A stretch of DNA of 48,915 nt. Origin: Octopus bimaculoides (taxonomy: Eukaryota). Where the stretch lies: positions 72,326,374 to 72,375,288 of the forward strand of contig NC_068991.1 of the NCBI RefSeq assembly GCF_001194135.2. The letters run 5' to 3'. The position numbers and the translations under genes were made by a program. The notes below the pieces were generated by a model. It saw only the letters and a program-made list of their open reading frames with translations. It searched no databases and had not been told where the DNA came from. This document shows positions 12,061 to 24,690 of the stretch, one piece after another (the first letter of the stretch is position 1; every line of letters begins with the position of its first letter).

Positions 12061-12474
12061 ATGGAGTGGCTGTGTGGTAAGTAGCTTGCTTACCAACCAC
12101 ATGGTTCTGGGTTCATTCCCACTGCATGGCACCTTGGGCAAGTGTCTTCTACTATAGCCTTGGGTCGACCAAAGCCTTGTGAGTGGATTTGGTAGATGGA
12201 AACTGAAAGAAGCCCGTCGTATATATGTATATACATATATATGCATGTGTGTGTATATGTTTGTGTGTCTGTGTTTGTCCCCCCAACATCGCTTGACAAC
12301 CGATGCTGGTGTGTTTACGTCCCCGTAACTTAGCGGTTCAGCAAAAGAGACCGATAGAATAAGTACTAGGCTTCCAAAGAATAAGTTCCTGGGGTCGGTT
12401 TGCTCGACTAAAGGCGGTGCTCCAGCATGGCCGCAGTCAAATGACTGAAACAAGTAAAAGGGTAAAAGAGAGTA
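12061..12474 (+). mobile_element. SINE-A, full length, CpG-retaining
   Basis: Highly similar to the 11091-11480 copy. Confidence 0.93.
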
Positions 12475-12518
12475 CGTTTAGTTTTATTTCACCCATCTTC
12501 ATGTTCTGCATTCAAAAT

Positions 12519-12652
12519 CTACCAAGGTTGACTTTGCCGTTCATCTTTTTGAGGTGGATAAAATAAGTACCAGCTGGACACTGGGGTGAATGTAATTGAC
12601 TTTGCCCCCTTCCCTGAATTTGCTGGCCTTGTGCCAACATTTGAAATCAATA
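12519..12652 (+). mobile_element. SINE-B 3' part
   Basis: Central domain and tail present. Confidence 0.7.
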
Positions 12653-13430
12653 TGAAAGAGGAATTTAAAGAAAAACAAAAACCACCAAAAAATACCCCAT
12701 TCATTTTGGATCTGATATATATTGTGTTTTAAAACACAGCATGTCCATAAGAGATGTTATCTCAAACGAGTTTAGCAGTAACTTGCCTGTCAACAGTGTA
12801 TATACATTTAGTATGATACATAGATGGCTGTCTTAATTTAATACTGGTTCAATTGCATATACCAATATTTTTATTCTGCTGGGTGGCTATTCACAAAATC
12901 AATGTTTTATTCACTGTTTTTCATATCAGAGGCAACAAATTTCATTTAGTCATGTGGTTAACTGTGAGTACCTGTCATTTGTATGGCCCAACTAAACCAA
13001 AATGCATCTGGCATTCTTGCTAGCTGCTACTGGGGCAATTTTATGTCTCCCTCTGACATGTATTCTGTTTTTAAGCACAACACATCCATAAGAGATGTTA
13101 TCTTGGACAAATACTGCAGTCAGTTTGCCTTTCAACAATGTATACACATTGAATATGATACATAAATGACTATTGTAAAACGGAACCTTTGTTAGGTTTG
13201 TTTTAATTTATTACATTTTATAGTTAAAACAATTACAGGATCAAATTTGGCAGCTAAGTGTAAATATGAAATAACCTGAAAATATTCCAAAGAAATTTTA
13301 TGACTTTGTATCATTGTTAGGTGCAGGAATAACAGTGTTGTTAAGCAGTTTGCTTCCAGCTGTATGGCTTTGCTTTGGATTTCACTGTGTGTAACCTTGG
13401 GCAAGTATATCTTATACTGTAGCACTGGGC

Positions 13431-13820
13431 TTGTTGTTGTTGGCACTCCGTTGCTTACGACGTCGAGGGTTCCAGTTGATCCGATCAACGGAACAGCCTG
13501 CTCGTGAAATTAACGTGCAAGTGGCTGAGCACTCCACAGACACGTGTACCCTTAACGTAGTTCTTGGGGATATACAGCGTGACACAGTGTGACAAGGCTG
13601 ACCCTTTGAATTACAGGTACAACAGAAACAGGAAGTAAGAGTGTGAGAAAGTTGTGATGGAAGAGTACAGCAGGGTTCGCCACCATCTCCCTGCCGGAGC
13701 CTCGTGGAGCTTTAGGTGTTTTCGCTCAATAAACACTCACAACGCCCGGCCTGGGAATTGAAACCGCGATCCAATGACTGCGAGTCCGCTGCCCTAACCA
13801 CTGGGCCATTGCGCCTCCAC
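13431..13820 (-). mobile_element. young tRNA-derived SINE (SINE-D) with (AAC)n tail
   Basis: A-box TGGCCCAGTGGTT (13796-13808) and B-box GGTTTCAATTCCC (13753-13765). CpG-rich; inserted into an old SINE-A head. Confidence 0.88.
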
Positions 13821-13903
13821 TATAGAAGATGAAAACTGAAAGAAACCTGTTGCGTGTATATATGTGTCTGAACCATGCAAGCATAAAAAAGTGGATGATA
13901 AAG

Positions 13904-13934
<31 letters not shown>

Positions 13935-14281
13935 GTCAAGGCAAGGAGACACACAGACATATACACTCACACACATTTATGTATGTGTATATATATATCC
14001 ATGTATAAATATATACAACAAACTAACATTTGTTTACATAAGCGTTGGAATGTGTATTGAATGACACAAATTAAATGATATTTTTTCGAATGCAGAACTG
14101 CCGTTAGAACAGTAGAAATACCAGGTAAACTACCCTTACAAAGCAGAAAAGCATGTCAACAATCAGCCATAGGACTTGAACTCATATCCTTCAAAAATTC
14201 TGTCTGAATGTTTTACCATTAAGCTAAACTGTCTGCTGATAAATTCATCCATAATTTTAGACACATAGATATATATACATA

Positions 14282-14428
14282 CAACAGGCTTCTTTCACCT
14301 TGGGTCTATCTAATTCACTCACAAACCATGAAATGACCCAGGGCTATTATAGAAGAATCTTGCCCAAGGTTCCAACCAGTGAGGACTGAACCCAAGACTG
14401 CATGGTTGGGAAGCAAGCTTCTTAACCA
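14282..14428 (-). mobile_element. SINE-A head half
   Basis: Matches the SINE-A head. Confidence 0.7.
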
Positions 14429-14702
14429 AGGAGTTTTTTCCAATTTTTTTTCTTTCATTATTGATTATTGGTTAATTATAGCTTTTAAAAAAATTGGGTA
14501 AAAATTATTTGCCCTCATCAAAAATGTCAAGTTGTTTTCTTTTTAAAGATTTTTATATTTTTGACATTTAATTCAAAGAGATGATTCATGTATTCGGTAA
14601 CGATTTACAAAATAATGATGTATAAGTTTGTTCCTGACCAAAGTTCCCAATTTAAAAACCTGGCTTAATCAAGCAAGGCAATCATTCATTTTGTTGACGA
14701 CA

Positions 14703-14905
14703 GTAAATTGGCAGAAGTGTTTCAGCATTGCAGTGATTCTTCCAGTTCTTTACGATTTTTTAAAATTCGAATCACGCCAAGGTCAACTTTGCCTTTAATC
14801 TTTTTGGGGTTGATAAAATAAAGAACCAGTCAAGTACTGGGTTTGATGTAATCAACAAATCTTCACCTCCCTAAAATTACTGGTCTTGTGTCAAATTTTG
14901 AAACA
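14703..14905 (+). mobile_element. SINE-B (diverged)
   Basis: SINE-B modules recognisable. Confidence 0.7.
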
Positions 14906-15344
14906 ATTAAGGAGAGAATCATTAGCTCACACTGGATTCTTCTCCTTCTTCTTCTTCTCCTCCTCCTCCTCCTCCTCCTCCTATAGGGGAAGTCGTTTAC
15001 TTCCATATGAATCCAGACTGAGCAGATCTGTGACCAAATGTACAACAGCCATGACTATCCTGTCTGAAGGAGTACCTACATTATCTAATATATTCCATTT
15101 TATAAAGTTGACGAGTTGTGATTTAAGACAGATTTGGCTACTATGTCTAGCAAGTTGAGCTATCACATAGAGTTTTCCTCATTAGCTCACAGTCACTCCA
15201 GTATTGTCTTATATATTTTTCGTTGCTGGTTGAATTGAATATGCTTTCATGGCTCTTATTGTTTTAGAATCTTAGAATTATGATCTATATTTTGGAAATA
15301 AAACCATCTAATTCTTTCACATTAATTAATCCATTTTTAGCTTC

Positions 15345-15572
15345 TTAATGCTTTTGTTACCATATTTCTGATAAAATACGCTGCCAGTGTTTCAATTAAT
15401 TTTGAAAATAAAGAATAATTTAGTAAAATAACTTTGTCATTGTTAAGCTTGTGTTTGGAACATAAATTAGCAAGAAATTTCGATGCAAGACTAATTCAGA
15501 GCACTTTAAACAGGAAGTTTGTATCACAGAACCAAGGAATGTCTCTAAGAGGTTCACATCAAATGGGTGGAA
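15345..15572. mobile_element. TTAA-flanked (piggyBac-like) MITE, family 1
   Basis: TTAA start and GTTACCATATTTCTG head. Related fragments at 16780-16900, 17534-17588, 24065-24141 (inverted) and 47114-47239. Confidence 0.6.
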
Positions 15573-15576
15573 GTGC

Positions 15577-16234
15577 TTAACTCTTCAGCATTCAGATTTC
15601 TCTGCTGAACGTAATGTTTATTCTTATTCTTGTTTCAGTCATTTGACTGTGGTCATGCTGGAGCACCACCTTAGAGGGTTTTTTTTTTGTATGCTGAAGA
15701 AATCGACCCCAGGGCTTATTCTTTGTAAGCCCAGTACTTATTCTATTGGTCTCTTTTGCTGAACTGCTAAGTTACAGGGACGTAAACACACCAACATCAG
15801 TTGTCAAGCAATGATGGTGGTGGTGGTGGTGGGGCGGTGGGGGGGTGTTCTCAAACACAGACACAAAGACAGATACACATAGATATATGCTATGGTCTTC
15901 TTTCAGTTTCCGTCTGCCAAATCCAGAAGGCTTTGATCGGCCTGAGGCTATAGTAGAAGATAATTGCCCAATGTGCCACGCAGTGAGACTGAACCTGGAA
16001 CCATGTGGTTGGGAAGCAAGCTTATTACCACACAGCCACACCTGCATCTATTTATTTACATTGTTTTGAAATAATCATGCATTATCTTGGGGCATTGAGA
16101 TTTCAGTGATGTGATTGTTTATTTTTAAGATGATATTGTAGGGAAGGTGTGAGAGGTTGGATCTGGTCACCTCAAACATAAAACAGATAGAACATTTGGT
16201 CTTGATACGGCTGGTTTAAATACTAAATAATTAA
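15577..16234. mobile_element. TTAA-flanked MITE, family 2, interrupted by SINE-A
   Basis: TTAACTCTTCAGCATTCAG head, body resumes at 16049, ends ...TAAATACTAAATAATTAA. Confidence 0.55.
15626..16047 (-). mobile_element. SINE-A nested in MITE
   Basis: Full SINE-A modules on the - strand. Confidence 0.9.
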
Positions 16235-16902
16235 GAATGCTCTTAATTATTCAAGGCTTTGCTACTCTATATCTTTAATTTGCTGTTCTCATTACATGAT
16301 AATTAAAATGCTTTATTTTAGTGTTTATACCAGAACAATGGAATTATATTTTGCTCCTTAAAACTTTAGTTGCTAATTAAAAAAAAATTTCCAGCTATTC
16401 TGCTGTCAGACACCTTTCTTTTAACCAATGCCTCAATTTGGAGTATTAATTATATCTGTTTTATAATTCGGTGGAACACAATAAATTTGAAAATGTAAAC
16501 TTTGAGAGAGCGTGAAATAATTTGTTTTTAATGGTTGTGGGTTCATGTCCCACATGTACCCTTTGAATTATTCTATCTGAAGGGATTTTTTTCAACTCAC
16601 TATTTACATGCTGTTGTTTATAACTTTTCTTCATCAAGTTTAACCGTTAAAAATTGAAAATATGCTTTTTAACCTGGCCGTTTCAAACTATTTGTGTTTG
16701 TATGTAGCAATTATACACATACAAACTATTAAAGATGATTGAAAAAGTTTCCTGCACTGTTAGCCTCCTCCTTTCTATTTTAACCTTTCCGTGACTATAT
16801 TTTTTATGAAATACAATGTATTCCTCAATTAATTATTAAAATAATTAAGCGATATCTAGTAAAATAATTGTTTTCATTATTAAACTCATATTTTGAACAG
16901 TA

Positions 16903-17108
16903 AGCTGGCAGAATCATTAACATGCTGGACAAAATGCTTAGCAGCATTTTTTCCTTCTTTATGTTCTGGGTTCAAATTCTGCGGTGATTAACTTTGTCTT
17001 TTATCCTTTCATGGTCGATAAAAGAGTCCCCATTGAGCACTAGGGTCTGTGTAATTGACTAACCCTCTCCCCACAATTTTCGGACCTTGTTCCTACAGTA
17101 GGAAGGAT
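16903..17108 (+). mobile_element. SINE-B
   Basis: Head, B-box, central domain and tail present. Confidence 0.8.
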
Positions 17109-17189
17109 TATTTAATCTTACCGCAACCAGTATGCATTTCATCATGTTTCACCAAGAAACTCTATCCCCCATTAACTTTGATGTGTGTG

Positions 17190-17432
17190 TGTGTGTGTTT
17201 GTCTTTCTATCTTTATTTCTCTCTTCCACCATTGCTTGACTGCTGGTATTGGTGTGTTTATGCCCCAGTAGCTGAATGGTTTGGTAGAAGAGTCTGTTAG
17301 AATAAGTACCAGGCTTAAGCCCAGTAGTTATTCTATAAGACTGGGGTCATTTCATTCAGCTGAAAGAAATTCTTCAAGGCAGTACCCCAGCGTGGCCACA
17401 TTATAATGATTGAAACAAGTAAAAGATGAAAG
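17190..17432 (+). mobile_element. SINE-A 3' half (diverged)
   Basis: AGAATAAGTACCAGGC...GAAACAAGTAAAAG. Confidence 0.7.
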
Positions 17433-17589
17433 TATTTATATCATTGTTACATGTTGTGAAGTTCTTGGTGAATTGAACCCATGTCTTTGGGTTCAATAAC
17501 AAGTCTTTGGCTCTTATTTAGAAAATTTCAAATACCTTTTCGTGACTATATTTTTTATGAAACACACTGTATTCCTCAATTAATTATTC

Positions 17590-17799
17590 TTTGCTACTCT
17601 AGGTACAAGGCCTGAAATTTTTGGGGAGAGGTCCAGTTGATTAGATCAACCCCAGTACGCAACTGGTACTTAATTTATTGACCCCGAAAGTATGAAAGGC
17701 AAAGTCGACCTTGGCGGAATTTGAACTCAGAACATAACGGCAGACGAAATACCGCTAAGCATTTCGCCCGGCGTGCTAACGTTTCTGCCAACTTGCCGC
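17590..17799 (-). mobile_element. SINE-B, CpG-retaining
   Basis: Near-consensus copy. Confidence 0.9.
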
Positions 17800-18200
17800 C
17801 TTATATATGGGGCTGAAACATGGGCGCTCACTGAAGTATTGAAGAAGCAGTTGGACGGTTGTTATATGAGGATGATTAGAATGACCCTCAGTGTCTCCTG
17901 CAAGAGTCATACAACAAATGCCAACTTATACCAGGGACTACCAAAAGTAACATTGAAGATACAGCATAGAAGGATGAGGTTAGCTGGACACTGAATGAGA
18001 CATGCCAATGAAATTGCTAACAAGCTAGTGCTCTGGCAACCAACAGAAGGAAGAAGACGAACTATATCGACAACTTGCTGGAGGATACTGGTATGGAAGG
18101 GGTACAGAAGCTGAGGACCATTATGGAAGATCGAGATGAGTGGGGAAAACGTGTGGAAACAGTCTTGGGGTGTCCTGAGGGACGACCTAGATAGATAGAT
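17800..18200 (+). mobile_element. 5'-truncated RTE-clade LINE (ORF2 C-terminus and 3' tail)
   Basis: LIYGAETWALT...LDGCYMRMIRM...RRMRLAGH*MRH...KLVLWQP, then a frameshift, then YIDNLLEDTG...MEDRDEW...GRPR* and a (TAGA)n tail. Typical RTE C-terminal motifs. Confidence 0.9.
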
Positions 18201-18299
18201 TCTCTTGTGCAAGGGCATAAGCATCACAATCCCACCCTCCTTCATAAAACATTTGAGGTTTCATACCTTTGAGAGAAAGAATATTCAATTTCGCTTTTG

Positions 18300-18516
18300 A
18301 AGGCAGCGAGCTGGCAGAATTGTGAGCACGCTGGGCGAAATGCTTAATGGTAGTTTGTCTGTCTTTACATTCTGAGTTCAAATCCTGCCGAGGTCGACTT
18401 TGCCTTTCATCCTTTCGTGGGTTGATAAATTAAGTGCCAGTGGCGTACTGGGGTCAATCTAATCAACTGATCCCCTTGCCAAAAATTCCAGGCCTTGTGC
18501 CTAGAGTAGAAAAGAT
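18300..18516 (+). mobile_element. SINE-B
   Basis: Full modules; first of a tandem pair. Confidence 0.9.
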
Positions 18517-18527
18517 TAATCAACCTA

Positions 18528-18745
18528 AGGCGGCGAGCTGGCGGAAATGTTAGCATGCTGGGTGAAATGTTTAGCAGTATTTCATCATTCCTTATGTTCT
18601 AAGTTCAAATTCCGCCAAGGTCGACTTTGCCTTTCATCCTTTTGGGGGTCGATAAATTAAGTACCAGTTGCATACTAGGGTTAATCTAATTGACTTAATT
18701 CCCTTCCCCAAAATTTCGGGCCTTGTGCCTAGAACAGAAAAGAAT
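18528..18745 (+). mobile_element. SINE-B
   Basis: Full modules; second of the tandem pair. Confidence 0.9.
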
Positions 18746-19189
18746 ATTCAATTTCATTTTAAAACCAGATGCAAATATTTCTAGAGCAAGCTGATTCATT
18801 ATAATTCTATTCTGGAGTGTATGATTCTGTAGTAGTTCTATTATTCTAAAAATTTTAGTCTTAATACGATGGAAGATGCATAAGAAATTGGTTTTCAATA
18901 AATGATTCTTCAATTAAAGTGAAAAATAAAGTAAAACTCCAAATGATTTTAATTTTAAACTAATTATAATTACTAAAAGGTCTTAATAAAACCATGATGA
19001 TATAGTTATTAGAATTCCATTCAAGACGGTCTGGAAATCTTTAGATAAGAGAAAAATTTTAATTTGTAATTTTTCTAGCCTATTTAACATGGTTTTCCGA
19101 TAGATTATAACATATTTTAATGCTTTGATTGGAGTTGTTGACCTATGTTCTTGATAAAAAATTTAATTTTTATGACTCTTCATGCTTAG

Positions 19190-19192
19190 TTC

Positions 19193-19240
<48 letters not shown>

Positions 19241-19303
19241 GTATGTATATATATATGTATATATATATATGTATGCATATATGTATGTATATGTATGTAT
19301 GTA

Positions 19304-19343
<40 letters not shown>
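19190..19343. repeat. (TG)n/(TA)n microsatellite running into an N gap
   Basis: Directly visible. Confidence 0.97.
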
Positions 19344-19397
19344 NNNNNNNNNNNNNNNNNNNNNNNNNNNNNNNNGGGGGGGGGGGGCTTAAAATCT

Positions 19398-19826
19398 TTT
19401 ATCTTTTACTTGTTTCAGTCATTGGACTGTGGCCATGCTGGGGCACTGACTTGAAGTTTTAGTCGAATAAATTGACACCAGTGCTTATTTTTTAATCCTG
19501 GTACTTATTCTGTCGGTCACTTTTACTGAACTGCTAAGTTACAGGGACGTAAATAAACCAACACTGGTTTTCAAGCAGTCGTGGAGGACAAAAACTAACA
19601 CAAAGACACACATATGCATATGTAGGTACATACATGAATGAACAAATGATTGCATGAATGAATGACAAGCTTCTTTCAGTTTCTGTTTTTCAAATCCACT
19701 CACATCGCTTTGGTTGACCTGGGGCTATAGTCGAAAACACTTTCCCAAGGTGCCATGCCATGGGGCTGAACCCAAGACCAATTGGTTGGGAAGAAAGCTT
19801 CTTAATCACTCAGTCACACATGTGCC
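19398..19826 (-). mobile_element. SINE-A
   Basis: Full modules. Confidence 0.88.
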
Positions 19827-20726
19827 TAAAAATGATAAACAGTTCTAATTAATTTTCAGCCCTTATTAGGGTCTCACGAGTTGGTCAGGTTTAATTCCTT
19901 GTTTCTTCCATTTAAACGACAACAGCAATGATGATGATGATGATGTGTGAGTTTGCTCCATGTATGCAGTTTATGAAGAATGAATTGTAGAACGTTCTTG
20001 CTGTCATTGTCCTCCTCCCCCTCCCCTCTCCCCTCGTTGTTGTCATCATTATCATTATAGTGTTTGTATAAATATGAAACCTGATAAATCATTTGCAAAA
20101 AAGAAAAAAATTATAAATTATAAAATAAATAACAAATGTGAAGTATTGTGTGTGAGTTTGTCATAAGCTGTCACATTTATTATTATCAGATAATATTATT
20201 TATTGTAGATTGTATTTTCTTTTTTTGTGAATTGATATTATAAATTGAGTGTTGTCTTACTCAAAATTTATACATGAAGCTGATCTATTTACTAAATAAA
20301 GATAATGAGAAAATCTAAGTAGGTTAATATTCTGTTTAATATTTTGCCAAAGAAATTCCATGGCAAGAATTGTTTTTCTGTTCACCGATAGACTATTGAA
20401 CCTAGAGCTAGTTCAATCAAGAAAAAGAGATCAGATTTAAAAAACATAAAATTGAGAATATTCTTCCAAAATTAGACAAATATTGAGTAGAAAATAATAT
20501 GCAACAATTATTTTGATACTTGCACGCACAGATATAGGAAACAGGAGAGAAAAGAATTAGCATAAGAGCACAATAGTAATAGATATAGACTTCATTACAA
20601 ATGTGTCAAGTTAAATTAGTCAGTAAAAGCATAATTAGTTAAGGGTGACAAAAATTACTGGCATGGATCAAATGATAAACTATTAAGCTTTAATCAAACT
20701 CTAACCTTTACTCTGTCAAATCCAAT

Positions 20727-20907
20727 GCTTGGCTGTGTGGTAAGAAGGCGCAGGAGTGGCTGTGTGGTAGGCAGCTTGCTTACCGACCACATGGTTCTGG
20801 GTTCATTCCCTCTGCGTGGCATCTTGGGCAAGTGTCTTCTACTATAGCCTCGGGCCAACCAAAGCCTTGTGAGTGGATTTGGTAGACAGAAACTGAAAGA
20901 AGCCTGT

Positions 20908-20940
<33 letters not shown>

Positions 20941-20947
20941 ATGTGTG

Positions 20948-21005
<58 letters not shown>

Positions 21006-21135
21006 ATATGTTTGTGTGTCTGTGTTTGTCCCCCACTATCACATGACAACCAATATTAGTGTGCTTATGTCCCTGTAACTTAGCAGTTCAGCAAAAAGAG
21101 ACCGATAGAATAAATACTAAGCTTCCAAAGAATAA
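20727..21135 (+). mobile_element. SINE-A with duplicated head and truncated tail
   Basis: GGCTGTGTGGTA occurs twice at the 5' end; expanded internal TA repeat. Confidence 0.88.
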
Positions 21136-21311
21136 GTATATGTATGTGTATGTAAGTGTATTTGTATGTGTATATGTATGTATATGTGTGTATATGTGTG
21201 TATATGTGTGTATATGTGTGTGTATATATATGTGTATATGTATGTGTCTATATGTGTATGTATGTGTATATGTATGTATATATGTTTATGTGTGTGTGTG
21301 TGTGTGTGTGT
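21136..21311. repeat. (TATG)/(TG)n compound microsatellite
   Basis: Directly visible. Confidence 0.95.
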
Positions 21312-22098
21312 AAAGAATCTAAGACCTGTCCTTTTTGTTGAAGCATTCTCATTTGTTTGCTCATCAGTTTATAACATTCACAGATCAGGTGAGAAACACT
21401 TCTGCCAGCGTATAATAATAAGCAAGAAAATGCCAAATTAGTTTCAGTTAAAAGGTAATATTTGGAAAGAAGTGTGAGCATAAAAAGAATTTAATTTTTA
21501 TTGCTCCCCTAGCAAGAAGTATTTATTCTATTATGAGACAAAATCAGTGTTGTTCATAGAATCAACAATTTCAATAGAAAGACTCCCCAGAAACCATGCG
21601 ATAATTGTGAAGATCAGGTGTTTTATTGAGATAACCTGTAGCTTGGCAACCCAGCAGCAACTAGCAGCTGTATACATACATACATACATACATACATACA
21701 TACATACATACATACATGCATACACAAACACACACACACACACATACATACATACATACATGGCAAACTCAGTTTGAAGGGTACTTCAAATTGGTTTTGT
21801 ATATGAAGAGACAAAAGTTGTTTCTCAATTATTAAATCTGTTATTTCTTTCTTGCTTGTTTGGAAAAGAATGCGGCAGCCATGCAGTTAAAATAATGGTA
21901 TGCTTCGCTTAGCAAAGCTTTTCAGATTTTCGGATTATTGTGTTTGCTTAAAAGAGAGAAAGATTATAAAAGCAAAAGTATCAGAGAATTCTTGATCCTT
22001 ATCTGAAAGGAGTCAAATGTAATTTTTTTTGGTTAGTACTTGTAGGAAACACAACAACCAGAAAACTTTCAAATTTGGTATTATTACTGTCTTTATTA

Positions 22099-22404
22099 GT
22101 GAAGGCACATGGCCTAGTGGTTAGAGTTAGAGCAGTGGACTCGTGCTCGAGGGATCATGGGTTTGGATCTCAGACCGGGCGATGTGTGTGTTTATGAGCG
22201 AAACGCCTAAGCTCCACGTGGCTCTGGCAGAAAGTATTGGCGAACTTCTGCTGACTTTTTCGCCACAATTTTCTCTCAGTCTTTCCTCCTGCATCTAGCA
22301 GACTGGCGTCCCGTCCAAGTGGGGAACCTATATGCCAATGAAACTGGGAAACCAGCCCTTATGAGCCAGACATGGCTTGAGAAGGAACAAACAACAACAA
22401 CAAC
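22099..22404 (+). mobile_element. tRNA-derived SINE (SINE-E): D-type head, F-type tail
   Basis: TGGCCTAGTGGTTAG A-box. Body matches SINE-D (CCTAAGCTCCACG); 3' part GACTGGCGTCCCGTCCA...CCCTTATGAG matches SINE-F. (AAC)n tail. Confidence 0.8.
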
Positions 22405-22855
22405 TATCTTTATGAACATATTTCTCAAAAAATACACTGCCTGTGTGATTCAATTAATTTTTAAAATAATCAAGAATTTGGAGCGATTTAGTGAAATAAC
22501 TAACTATTACTTCAGTCAAGATCCAGATTATCGTTGCAATTTTGGCTGGTTATTCTCGATATTGCTCCAATTTGGCCAGCCCCAAGGAAAACCTAAGCTA
22601 AGAGCATTAGATTCCTTGGAAGAAAGCAGCGAATGAATACAAAAACAAGGACGGAAAAAAACGAACAATGTTACACAAATACAGTAGGAATAATAACGGG
22701 ACATAACAACAGATGTCTTTCGACTAAGGACAAATTAAATTAAGCTGGCATGCATGGAAATAAGGCCTTACAGCCGGGATACAAGATTTCACAGGCACAG
22801 GGAGAAAATATATATATATATATCTTTACACGTATGTATATATATATATATATAT

Positions 22856-23248
22856 AGGTGCAGACGAGGCTGTGAGGTATAAAGCTTGCTTCCCAACCAC
22901 ATAGTCCTGGGTTCAGTCCCACCATGTGGCACCTTGGGAAAATGTCTTCTACTATAGCCTCGGGCTGAGCAAAGCCTTGTGAGTGGATTTGGTAGATGGA
23001 AACTGAAAGAAGCCCATTGTATATATATATATATATATGTATTTGTGTGTCTGTGTTTGTCCCCCCCCCCCACCATCGTTTGACAACTGACGTTGGTGTG
23101 TTTATGTCCCCATAACTTGGCGGTTTGGCAAAAGAGACTAAAAGAATAAGTACTAGGCTTACAAAGAATAAGTCTTGGGGTCAATTTGTTCGACTCAAGG
23201 TGGTGCTCCAGCATGGCCTCAGTCAAATGACTGAAACAAGTAAAAGAA
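22856..23248 (+). mobile_element. SINE-A
   Basis: Full modules. Confidence 0.9.
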
Positions 23249-23711
23249 TTAAAAAAAAGCTTGTAACTAATAAGGGTTGGCATCAGGAAGAACATCCTGC
23301 TGTAGAAGCCTTCCTCAAAAACCTTTATCCAACTCATACCAGCATGGTAAAAAGGAAAAAAAAAAGTACTTTAAAAATGGCTGTTTTGTATTAAAGAAAC
23401 AGCACTTCTCTGAGATGGGTTGGCATTAAAAGAGTTAAAATTCGTCTGAAATATGGCAATAATTCTTTGGAAAATAGAACGTTACAGATGAATGATGAAA
23501 ATGCCAAATAGGACAACAACAAACAAGAAAAAAAAGAAAGAAAAAAATGTCTGTAGTAAACTACTTTATATGGTCTAAATTTATATGGTCCTGACTATGT
23601 GTGCATATTTATTCATAAGTCACACTGCATTATTATTCCGGTAATTAATGGTGAACTGTCAATCTTGTATCGTTATGCAAATGAGTGGTGCATGGTACAA
23701 TCTTGTTTAAT

Positions 23712-23715
23712 CATC

Positions 23716-23773
<58 letters not shown>

Positions 23774-23923
23774 GTGTCATCATCTATATCTATATATATG
23801 TACGTACATATGTGCATGTGTGTGTGTATGTGCATGTGTGTGTGTATATATTACTTTGCTTGTGTGCGTATATATATACATGCACACATACACACACATA
23901 TATATCTGTCTATATATATATAT

Positions 23924-23956
<33 letters not shown>

Positions 23957-23975
23957 ATGTGTGTGTGTATCTATT
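23712..23975. repeat. (CAC)/(CAT)n plus TA/TG microsatellites
   Basis: Directly visible. Confidence 0.95.
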
Positions 23976-24361
23976 TTTTGTGGAGACTGTTTTACCACCA
24001 TCTTATATTGTATCCTATTGTACCTTAGTCACAATTTATGTTCCTAACACGAGCTTAATGATAACTAAGTTATTTTACTAAATTCTTTGTTATATTTGAA
24101 ATTAATGGAAAGCAACATAAATATGGTAACAAAAAGGTTAAGAAGAAAAATAATCAGCAGAAGACATAAGAGAAGGAGACTCCTCAATGTGGTCTCTCTA
24201 TATGTTAGAAATAACAGCTTAAATTTCCTTCAATATGGAAATATGGCACAAGAGGGTTAAACCAAGTGAACCGTTGGTAGAATTTGAACCCTGAATGCCA
24301 GGAGCTGGAACAAATACTGCAAAGCATTCGGTTCAACAGTCTTACTGTTCTGCCAATCCAT

Positions 24362-24512
24362 CAGAGTGGTTGGCGTTAGGAAGGGCATCCAGCTGTAGAA
24401 AACCATGCTAAATCAGACTGGGGTCTGGTGCAGTCTTCCAAGCATGCCATCCTGGTCAAACCGTCCAACCCATGCCAGCATGGACAATGGACGTTAAATG
24501 ATGATGATGATA
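24362..24512 (+). mobile_element. family C 3' fragment
   Basis: GGAAGGGCATCCAGCTGTAGAA...GACGTTAAATGATG. Confidence 0.82.
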
Positions 24513-24527
24513 TCTAGATATACAGAT

Positions 24528-24690
24528 GACAGGCTTCTTTCAGTTTCTGTCTATCAAGTCCACTTACAAGACTTTGGTCGGCCTGAGGCTGTAGTAGAAG
24601 ACACTTGTCTGAGGTGCTGTGTAGTGGGACTGAACTCAGAAGCATGTGGTTGGGAAACAACCTTCTTACCACACAGCCATACCTCTGCCT
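24528..24690 (-). mobile_element. SINE-A head half
   Basis: Matches the SINE-A head. Confidence 0.8.

Noticed and set aside
13753-13820. tRNA-like sequences at SINE heads
   Set aside because: They have A/B boxes but no complete cloverleaf, and they continue into SINE bodies.
23642-23685. TAATTAAT plus octamer ATGCAAAT sites
   Set aside because: Single short AT-rich motifs are expected several times by chance in 49 kb.
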